Shown here in pieces: positions 38,940 to 50,200 of a stretch of 64,000 nt of DNA. The position numbers and the translations under genes are program-made. Location: contig NC_135768.1 in assembly GCF_052425735.1 (NCBI RefSeq), positions 2,046,001 to 2,110,000 on the forward strand. The letters are read 5' to 3'. Position 1 is the stretch's first letter, and every line of letters starts with the position of its first letter. The notes beneath the pieces were generated by a model that did not search any database, was not told where the DNA came from, and was given only the letters and a program-made list of their open reading frames with translations. Source of the stretch: Oculina patagonica (Eukaryota).

Positions 38940-39200
38940 TCACAATAACCAATCACAACTCGGAAGTAAAACACGTGACCGGCGCTTAGCGAGGGAAAAC
39001 ATGTAACGGGCGTCAAGCGCGGGAAAACATGTAACCAGCGATAAGCGCGGGAAACATGTAACCGGCGTCAAGCGCGGGAAAACATGCAACTTGGGAGGCG
39101 GGAAAGTCACGATAGGTAAATCACGATCGCGTTTCAGCTCGAGCTTGATTGGTTGAAAAATAAACCATCCTCGATGTGATTGGTCAGAGCGTGAAATATG
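38940..39200. mobile_element. Remnant related to the TAG..CTA (Academ-like) MITE family, with short tandem repeats
   Basis: Tandem GCGCGGGAAAACATGTAAC units and CCAATCAC/GATTGG motifs, also seen in 49566-49854. Confidence 0.5.
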
Positions 39201-39620
39201 ATCTTCTTTTACCCAATGAGTTGAATCAATGAGAGTCAACTTATCCATGGGTTGGTTTGGTTTTACGTTCCTTAAATTCACTGATACATAGGAACCTTCA
39301 AAAACAGCTCGGAATAAAAAGAGAGCAAAATACCTTTACATCATATTTTAAGTTTGCTCTTCAGTAATAAATATGATCCCTATGAAACTTAAACAAGGCA
39401 TGCCATTATTTACAATTCACTGTTGATGGTATGAAAACCTATAAAAACGTTTTTCCTGTACTAAAAATATGACTGCATGGCACTAAGAGCATGTAGAAAA
39501 AGCTACGTTTTCACAAAAGCTGAGGAAATGATCGCTTAAAGCATGTGGTTTGACTAATCCAGGGCTAGCAAATTGTGATTTCCACTGAATTTTTTACACT
39601 TACGTTTTAAACGTTTGATA

Positions 39621-39782
39621 CAGTGGTACCTCGATTTAACGAACCACGGTATAACGAACAATATTCTTCGTTCTAGTAATAGAAAAATATATCATAAAGA
39701 ACCCCCCGAATAACGAAACCTCAAGTTATAGCGAACGCATTTTGCCTGTCCCTCTGCCCGCCGTTATATCGAGGTTCCACTG
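39621..39782. mobile_element. Tc1/mariner-pogo-type MITE (family of 30473-30648)
   Basis: CAGTGGTACCTCGATTTAACG / CGTTATATCGAGGTTCCACTG; TA on the left side. Confidence 0.8.
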
Positions 39783-41216
39783 TTCTCTCAAACTGTAACT
39801 TCAAGGGAACCTATGTTAAATTAATCAAGAATATATAATTTTATAACTACTATCCTCATTAATTTTAATTTCAGCTGAACACATTGTGTTTATATCATTA
39901 CAATTATTATGTGTATCACCATCATTTCTGAATTATTCATAATTTTATAATATAATTCTAATTTTTGTGACAGGCCCGAAAATTTCTGATACCAAAATAA
40001 ATAATTTATAATTATAGTTATAAATCATCATTATTATTATTAAATGATTATTTTGATTTTTACTATGGCAATCCAATCATCTTGGAGCTATTTTATGGAA
40101 AAATTAGCCTTTAATTACCATCACATAGGTTCCCTTAAAGTGTCCTTAAATCTAGCTGTAAGTGGAAAACACTTTTTAGGGTATTAAAACCCTGATTAAG
40201 TTTTTATCCTGGATTAGTGTTAATTGTCTTTTGAACAACCCACAGGGCTTGGACATAGAAAATGTTTGGAAAAATTCAAACTTTTTGTGACACGAAAACG
40301 TTACAAGATGATTTTACATAGTACACCTGAGTTTGCAGAATTCATTTATATGCCTGTGCTTCTTGTGTGACCACATGGCAGCTGTATTTTACTTTTTGAA
40401 ATAAAAAGGAATTTATTGGTATAATTAGCCTATTTAAGCATACATTTTTCATCAGACTCGGGAAAAAAGAAAATTTTCGTTTACCAATTTGACCTTTTAG
40501 AAATGGTTTTTGATGTTAAAATAAATAAGGGACTCAACCTGGTCAGAAGGTTAAATAATTAAAACATGTCTACATTCCTTATTTACAATGATTAACAGGC
40601 CTGGAAAAGTACAGACGTACCATGAATGTACAGACGTACCATAAACGTACATATGTACCATATATATGTATTAACAGTACATTTAGGTTTGTAGCTACCA
40701 AAGGCTAGTTCTAGCAAATTAGACAAAGAAAACACTGAAAAACAGCCTAATTAATTGTACAATCAGAATGCCATTATAAACTCTGGGCTTATACAACTTC
40801 GTAAATGGTTTTGGATGACTGGGGGAGCTTATATCTGGGGAGGGAGGGGGGGGGGGAGTGTAAAAGACATGAAAAAATGTTGAATTACAAAGTTGTGTGA
40901 AGACATTAGTAAGTTAATTTGGACCTTCAGATCAAAATACAAGAAAATTGATTATGAGTACAACTTTTGAAACCTAGTCCTTATGCTTTCAATTAAGTCA
41001 TACTCGTACTATGATCTGAAGGCCCTTAATATGGAAAACCTGAATGATTTATAAATGGAATAATTTTCATTAGCAGACAGATCTATGAGCCTATTTATAA
41101 CCAGGGGATACTTGATAAGCGAGGGATTTATAACCAGCATTTTACCATAGATTACAAAGAAAACTGGCCTAGTAGAAAAAAATTAAGCTTTTAAACCTTC
41201 CCCCAGATGGCTGACA

Positions 41217-44200
41217 TCAAACAATACTTGCTCTCTGTGTATTTTCTTTGTTACCATTTGTTGAAATTTCTTCATCTGAATCTGAGACTGCTTCGCTTAC
41301 CATCACATGATATCTGACAAAGATAATAAACAAATTAAAATGACATAAATAATAATATAAATTTAAAAAATTAATGGACTCACAAAATGGTCGACCCTAG
41401 GCTAGGAAGTAAAATATTTATGTGTTTGTTTGTTTTTGTCAGTTGGCAGCAGATGAGAACCCTGAAAATACCAGGAAATCAAAACAAAAATGTCGCACTC
41501 AAATAGTGTGGCCTTAAAATTATTACTGGCTAAAGCTCTTTTCAGTTTTTGATAATGTCATATAGCTCTAGCTTGATATTTTAGGGCACGGTGGATGCCC
41601 AGGCGGGGGTACTCCGGCTTGTTAATGACGGGGATGATCGAAGGATTTTTTTGGGTTTGAAATTTTTGATTCCGGGATTTTTTTGGGTTGGAAAATTTGG
41701 CAAGTATTTTTTGGGGTATTTAAAAAGTGCCTTGCACAGCCTTATGTTTTTATGATATGATGAATAAACAAAAAGTGTGTTCTGTCATTGCCTCTCCTGG
41801 CAATTTTGGGGTAATTTGACAAGGAATTTTTTAGGGGGTTATTTTTGGTCCAGGGATTTTTTTGGGTAATGACGGAAGACTTAGGGTTTTTTGGGGTTGT
41901 GAGTTTTGCCTCCATTCGATCATCCCCGTCATTTACAAGCCGAAGTACCCCCCCTGGGGGTGGATGACACAGCATAGTGAGCTTCATTGGGCTCAATGGT
42001 TAGCAATACAATGTTCCTTCAGTTCCCTCCCTCCCTATCCCTTCCACCCTCCCTTCCCTTCACAGCTTAATCTTAGGCTAGATTGCCATGTATACCTCCT
42101 TGCTGCTGAGAAGAGATTATTACCACCCTTGTCTCACGGCACTTACCTGCAATAGTTTAATTAGCATATAGTGTTTAACTTAATGGAGATGTCCGTTTTG
42201 TTCCATTCAGTATTACTAGCGATATTGTCAATGTCAGCCTTCTTACTTGATCGTTCTTGACAGCCATTTGCAATTTGAATTATCCCAAACCAGTGTGCAG
42301 ATACCAGGGCATGGTGGGGCATAAAAACTGAAAGACAAAATGACGTGTGAGATGCCTTGACAAAGTATGTTTACCAATGACAAGTGTCATAAAGCCTATT
42401 TGGGTTTTCTTTGTCAAACTGCATTTATCAGCAAGAGACAAATAGCATTGACAGATACCAGACTTTAATGGGTTAACTATTAAATGAAAGCAAGTTGCAT
42501 GGTCAAGTCTTGGAATGTGTTTACCAGTGAAAGACAAACTGACAAATTATTGTCAGACCGTTTTACTGACTTTGGCAAAATTATAAGATAAACTGACTGA
42601 TGGCACAGAGCAGGTATGCGGCAGGTATATAGTTTTTTTAATGAGAGATTATAATCAACAGATGTCAGACTACGAATCGGTTAAATATTATTGATGAAAG
42701 ATGGTTTTGATGGGTTTGTCAAAGAGCTAGCAGGGAATAAGCATTTTTGATTATAACAGTGTGGATGATCCGTAAAATGCAAGCATCTATTCAACAAAAC
42801 CCTTAAACGCGATAATTGATGAAAATGCATCAACAAAAACGGATGTTGATGGGTTCTTTAAATGAAAGACTGTAGAAATGGTTTAGCAATAGCAAAGTTT
42901 TTCTCTTTCAGCATTAATGTCGCTATTATAAGAAAATAGCATAAATTCCTCTTGCAAGAGTAATCCTTTCTAACTTTGAAATGTAACCTTAGCTTACCCT
43001 GTAATTGATGATTCACAATCTGAAATAGGCTCAAGCTCTTCAACCCATATCTCGTCAATTTCATTTGCATTCTCTTTCCATCCCGAGTGAGGCTTGGGTT
43101 TGAACTTAATTCCAAACTGAATGTCTTTACTGTGAAAAAAAAGAAACATGATAGTCAGGGTTGTTGTTATGGGCCGGCTGCCGGCTAATTTCACCAGCTG
43201 AAAGAGAACTTAAATCCGGCTGAAATTTTACATGAAAACAAAGACTTTTAGAGCTGCCAAGGCCAGAAAAACCAGCTTGGCTTGTTGATGAGCTGGCTAA
43301 GTGTTTTCTTAGCTACATCCCTGGATAGTTATGTGCTGTCTTAAGCCCGGGCCAAACAAGGATGAGAGTTGATGAGTGTTGACTCTCATGAGAGCTGTAG
43401 TCAACTCTCATCAACTCAGGCCAAATATTAAAGAGAAAACTCTCATGAAAAATTTGAGCACATTCAAAGTAGATGAGAGCACGCAGGAGTCGATGAGAGC
43501 GCTGGAAAGTCGACAAGAATGCATGTGAATTTCAGGACAAACAAGAGCGAGAGTTGAACTCTCATCAACTCTCATCCTCGTTTAGCCCGGGCTTTACAAA
43601 CTGTAACTTTACTTCGAGGAAAAATTGGTGAAGAAATATAGTTACAGTAACAGAACTGGTCAACATAATTAAAACTATTATTAAAACTAAAGGCTGCCTA
43701 GATCTTCAGTGTAAAATTGAATAAACTTTACAATGTGGATCAGTAAAACTGCTTCCAGGGACACTTGCTAGCATGCACCCAGGGGGGGGGGGGGAGGTAC
43801 TTGCAGTATACATGACGGCGAGGTCCGACGTATTTTTTTCGGTTGAAAATTTACACCCTCTGTATTTTTTTGGGTCAAGAGATCTGTCATATATTTTTTT
43901 AGGTCTTAAAGTCTGTTTTATTGAATAAATCAGTATAGAGGTGCTAGGTCTTGTACTTTTTGGGGTAGAAAATTTTGATGTCAGGTATTTTTTTGGGTGT
44001 AAAATTTCAGGCTCATGTATTTTTTGGGTTCGCAATATGAAGCTCTGTCGGACTCCCCCGTCATGTATACTGCAAGTACCCCCCCTGGGAGCACGCACTG
44101 CTGTCAACGTATTTGGTGAAATCAACCAATCTGGTTTGTTGACTTAACTAGAACCAGTTATTCGACTTCTGATTGTTGTAGTTCTGAGAATCACCTTGTA

Positions 44201-47200
44201 GCTTTAAAATACCACGCTATTGACAGTTCAGCTTTCTGGTTATCACAGTCTACTGTATATGCGAATGTTTTCTTAGCTCCTGGAGAGAAAAATGTACAAA
44301 TGAGAGGTAAATTACAGTTACTGTATTTCAACTAGCCACTGATTAGAAGCTATTTGTGAAATTAAACGTTTTCCTAAAAAAAAAAACACAATTAATTAAC
44401 ACTTTAATTTTTTTTATACATCACTTAGATAGCTTAAACTAGCCAAGACAAATATATTGCCACTTACGCACCTACTTGTAAGGCTAGATCAGCCAAAGCA
44501 ATGTGGCATTGGAAAATGAAAAGAAATGAAATGCGGCTGTCACTTATAAGGACTGCTCCAACGTCAAGATTTTCTCACTAAAATTAAGGCCTTGTGGTCT
44601 TTGTACCTTATTCCAGTGTAATACCCTTCTGTCACAGTGTGTGTAAGGAGGATTTAATTTATTAATTCCTCACTTACCTATTGTCTGTTCAGTAAGTTGA
44701 GGATTGTCTTTTACTTCTAGCTACAAAAAATCAGAAAATAGTGATTACTTTTATTAATAAAGCTAAGATCTCTTTTTAAGGCAGATTGTCAAGAGAAGTG
44801 TAGTGTCCATACAATATTTTTTGTGCTTTGAGAGCCATAACAAGTGTCTTGTTAACAGGGAAATGGCCAGGCTGTAATCCAGAAAGCCTGCGAATACGTC
44901 TGCCTCCGCGCTCCGACCCCCCTTGCAGCAAGCGGGTTGGAGCACGGAGAGGCGGATGTATTCACAGGCTATAATCCAGACTTCTATGGAGTCAAATTAT
45001 TTTTTTATTTAATTTAATTAATTGGCTAGCAGGCTACCATACTGCTTTGAGAGGCATGGTGGCCTAATGGCTAGTGCACTGGACTCCATATTAAGGGGTC
45101 CAGGTCCCAGGGGGAGTACTCCGGCTTGTAAATGACGGGGATGATCGAATGGAGGCAAAACTCAGGACCCAAAAAAATTCCTAAGTCTTCCGACATTACC
45201 CAAAAAAATCCCTGGACCAAAAATAACCCCCCAAAAAAATCCCTTGTCAAATTACCCCTAAATTGCCAGGAAGGGCAATAATATAACACAAAGAAAACCA
45301 TAATAAATTGAACGCTCGTGTTTGTTTATTCATCTTACCATAAATACGCCAAGGCCACGCCAAGGCACTTTTAGTTCGTTTTTAATACCCAAAAAAATCG
45401 CCTATTTAAATCAAGTCACCCAAAAAAATACTTGCCAAATTTTCCAACCCAAAAAAATCCCGGAATCAAAAATTTCAAACCCAAAAAAATCCTTCGATCA
45501 CCCCCGTCATTTACAAACCGGAGTACCCCCCCTCCCCCCCCCCCGGGGTCCAGGTCCAAGCCCTGGCCAGGGCACTACGTTGTGTTCTCGGGCAAGACAA
45601 TTTACTCTCATAGTGCCTTTCTGCAGTTTCTCCACCCAGGTATATAAATGGGTACCAGCGACATAATGCTGGGGATAACCCTGTGATGGACTAGCATCCC
45701 ATCCAGGGGGAAGTAGAAATACTCCTAGTTGCTTAATGTGACAGAAACTGGGATGAGCTCTGGCATGATGGGCCACTAGGCTCAAACACAGACTTAATGT
45801 CTTACCTGCCATGCAGCCTTCGTGTTGTATTTTAGGTTTCTAAGGGCAAGTTAGGGAACTGTATACATACACTTACTGAAAACTACAATCACAATCTCAC
45901 CATGTGTTTAGGAACTGGAGGTAGACAGCCATTTTCACATTGGCAGGTTCCACCAAGCTCCTCAGGTAGATCTTCAGGATCAAAATAATCGCACAGCTTG
46001 TGTAGCTCGGAGCTTTTTAGTACCACACATTTAGCTCTGGTCTTAGGGTCGAGAAATATCTTGGCTATTTTCCAAAGAACAGGAAAAACCCTAAAAGAGT
46101 CCAATGAAAGCACATGAGAATAATGATAGCAAACTGTGCTAGGCAAATCTCTTGCTAAAAATAATTATTCTCATGAAGCAAGGACTGTGGCCAACAATTT
46201 ATTTTAGGCAAATAATGAACGCACATGAAAATGATTTGATGGACTCTGGGCAAGAAATTATGGTGTGGTCACTCCCAGGGGGGGTACTTGCAGTATACAT
46301 GACGGGGAGGTCCGACGTATTTTTTTGGGTTGAAAATTTCCACCCTCGGTATTTTTTTGGGTCAAGAGATCTGTCATGTATTTTTTTAGGTCTTAAAGTC
46401 TTTTTGATTGGATAAATCAGTATCGAGGTGCTAGGTCTTGTACTTTTTGGGGTAGAAAATTTTGATGCCAGGTATTTTTTTTGGGTGTAAAATTTCAGGC
46501 TCATGTATTTTTTTGGGTTCGCAATATAAAGCTCCGTCGGACCCCCCCCGTCATGTATACTGCAAGTACCCCCCTGGGTGGTCACTGGCCTTTCAAGGGT
46601 TTGAATCCACCTGAAGTTCAGCTTCAGTTACACTAACATTGACATAAAAAAAGAAAAGAATGACAACACGATGGAGAGAAACAGAGCAACAGGGCTTACA
46701 GAAAAAGTTATTACCAGTAACAAAAACTTACACTGTCAGTGAAACTAAAAACCAAAAGACCATGACTGTGTTGAGAGGTTGTATAACTCTCATGGTTCCA
46801 AATTTTTTAAAACATGCATTCACAAAAGAGGTTCACCATGGGCAACACTTGCAAGTATTCTTTTCTTGTAAATTAAATGACTTGAAAGACAAAATTTGAA
46901 TTAAAGGTTTGATGCCTGAACCAAGTAGCTATAAGGCAACGATGTTACCAACCCTCATTTATCAGGGTGGACAAAAATTTCATATTTTCCTGACTAGGTA
47001 TTACTTCTTCGGTCATGACATAGAGTTTACTTACCATGGGGTATTAACAATAAATATCTGGAAATCAAAGAAATAAATTAAACATAAATAATAAAAATAA
47101 AAATAAATGAAAAAATAAACAAACAAATAAAAAAAATAGAAAAAAAAATAACAGAAACATATCAGTGAAAGCTCTAGCGTAGAAATGTGCCATGAAATTA

Positions 47201-50200
47201 GACACACACAAGTTTAATTTGAAATAGATCTTATTCATACCTTTCCCATTCTTTCAGGGTAATAATCTTGATCAAGTTTTGCCAATCTTTTGAAGGCACT
47301 CAAGGCTTTTCTGTTTAAGTGACACAGGGATTTAAATGCATTAGGTAATAAGTGGTGTGTTTCGCTGACCTTGCATTAGGCGAATTATCAAATAAGCCAA
47401 ATCCACTTTTACACTTGCTTCAGCTTCTTCTGCAGACCATTGATATTCTTCTCTTCATTTTTCGATCTTGTTTTGTTTTTCACAAGATATTGAATGCATG
47501 GCATTTGAATTCCCTGACTTTTCCCTGACCTTGAAAATTTTTTGTTTGTCCCTGACTTTTCACAGACCGTGGCAACCCTGATAACTAAGAAAAGAACTTT
47601 GATATAGAACAGCTGACTATAAAGCTTACCTTAGCATCATTGTTGCCCCAGCCATGTCATGAATATGTACCATTGTTTCTATAGGTCTTTCCTGTAACAT
47701 AATTGAAACAACATTCTTTAGAACACAAGCTACACAGAATTGAAAGCACCTCTACTATGACCAAAACGTCCATTCCAGTATGCCAATAAGAGATTGTCTT
47801 AAAATTCAACAATAGGAGAAGCCACGAGCCAAGCGGCCCACACTGCCGGAGCTTATCCCGGTTTCCGTAGCATTAAGCGGCTAGGAATATTTCTACTCCC
47901 CCCTGAATGGGATGCTAGTCCATTGCAGGGTTCCCCCCCAGCATTATGTCGCCGGTACCCATTTATACACCTGGGTGGAGAGAGGCACTATGAGAGTAAA
48001 GTGTCTCAAGTGCCCAAGAACACAACACAAGTGACCCCGGCCGGGGCTCGAACTCGGACCGCTCGATCCGGAGTCTGGCGCACTAACCATTAGGCCGCCG
48101 CGCCTCCCAAAAAAAATTCAACAATGACCAAACATTATAGGCATGCAGGCATGCAATGCACGTAAAGAGGTCTGAAGCTGTACTCTTTGCACACATTGCA
48201 GGCCTATCACACTAGTATTATAGTCATGCAGCATGTACAGAAAGTTATGTGGCTCTGGGCCTTTGGGCACATTGCAGGCCTAGGCCATAATAGGCATGCA
48301 TTGTGTACAATATGCTATGTAGCTGTTACCCTTTGCACACACTGCAGGCCTATGATACTAACATAATAGGCATGCAATGTGTGCAGAGAGCTATGTAGCT
48401 GTAGTCCTTTGTACACATTGCAGACCTATCATACTAGCATTATAGGCATGCAATGTGTGCAGAGAGCTATGTAGCTGTAGCCCTTTGTACACATTGCAGA
48501 CCTATCATACTAGCATTATAGGCATGCAATGTGTGCAGAGAGCTATGTAGCTGCAGTCCTTTGTACACATTGCAGACCTATCATACTAGCATTATAGGCA
48601 TGCAATGTGTGCAGAGAGCTATGTAGCTGTAGTCCTCTGCACACATTGCAGACCTATCATACTAGCATTATAGGCAAGCAATGTGTGCAGAGAGCTATGT
48701 AGCTGTAGCCCTTTGTACACATTGCAGGCCTATCATACACGCACTATAGGCATGCAATGTGTGCAGAGAGCTATGTAGCTGTAGTCCTCTGCACACATTG
48801 CAGACCTATCGTACTAGCATTATAGGCACGCAATGTGTGCAGAGAGCTATGTACCTGTAGCCCTTTGTACAAACTGCAGGCCTATGATACTAACATAATA
48901 GGGATGCAATATGTGCACATAGCTCTTTGCACGCATTGCAGGCCTATCATATTAGCATTATAGGTATGCAATGAATCGTAATGACAAATACTCACAAATT
49001 TCTTGGAAAGATCAGTCATTCTTTCTATTTGTTTTTCATTATTCCAGATGTGCCATCCAACAAACTGGTCTGCTGGTAGCTGGAGAAAGAGAGAAAATTG
49101 TATCACTCAATTAACACATCAACTGTTTACCCTGCCTCCTCTTGAAAAATGAAACTACTGTTGAGAAGACTTGGGGAAAATGGCATTTTACAGATCAGGA
49201 AGAACAACAAAGTCAGCAGCAGCAGAGAACAAAGGGACAGGAATCATGCAACAAACAGTAAAGCCTTTTAAGCCCAACTTGCTCATAGCTCTTGGCACTC
49301 GAATCCAGTTTCAGTAGCATGTAGCGATTAGGAGTATTTCTAATCCCCCTGGATGGGATGCTAGTCCATCGCAGGTTACTCTTCGGCATAATTCTGTTAG
49401 GTTTCCCAACAATTCGTGGTATTCATACTTCTGGGTGCAGAAAAGCACTGTGAGAGTGAAGAGTCTTGCCCAAGAACACAACACAATGACCCCGGCCAGG
49501 GCTCGAACCTGGGCCATTCAATCCAGATTTCAGTGCACTAATCACAAAGAACAGTGCTGAGACTTTAGAGCGGTTTTCACTTGAGTGTCGAAAGTAAATT
49601 GCGTTTGCTTTGGTTTTGCATTACTACGCTTAGTGATTGGCTTAAAAATCTCGCGCCACTTTCTCAGCCAATCAGGAGTAAAACCAAAACCAATCGTGAC
49701 TAGCTCGCGCACGTTTTCCCGCGCTTTGTGCCAGCTACATGTACTTGCTTCGAGTTTTGATTGGTTCACTGTCCAGATTGTCTGTGTCCTTTGTGATTGG
49801 CTGAAGTAATTACTTTGGTTTTGGTTTTACGACACTCAATTGAAAACTGCTCTACTTCTCTTGCATTACTTGTCACTTCTACCTTGGCAGAAGGAAGATT
49901 AAACTGAACCAGTTTAATAAATTCTGACCAACCTTTAATAAAGCTGTAGTGTCAATTCTTCCTGTGTGTTCAATGTAGCAAGGCCGTCCAAGTTTGTCAT
50001 GTTTGTGAAAACCTCCAGATACAATCTTTAACACAAAAGGAAAAAATTTGTTAAGATACAGCCAAAGAATGTGAGGATTATTCTATTATTCATTGCTATT
50101 TATAGTTTATAGTGTTAATTGCCTTCATTGTATATTTTTTTGATCATATACATGGACAAGCAAAAATATTTATGAGTTTTTCACAACCTTTTATACAAGG

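Noticed and set aside
43706-46585. Similar 128-139 aa ORFs (GGTCSIHDGG...) at 43706-44125 and 46199-46585
   Set aside because: Both are read-throughs of the same MITE family, with no transposase motifs.
48030-48108. tRNA genes at SINE heads (also ~45050, 62901, 63585 and 31750-31990)
   Set aside because: Each continues into a SINE body and lacks a clean cloverleaf and terminator.
48135-48972. CRISPR-like array of palindromic repeats
   Set aside because: No unique spacers, no cas genes, and it lies in a eukaryotic intron.
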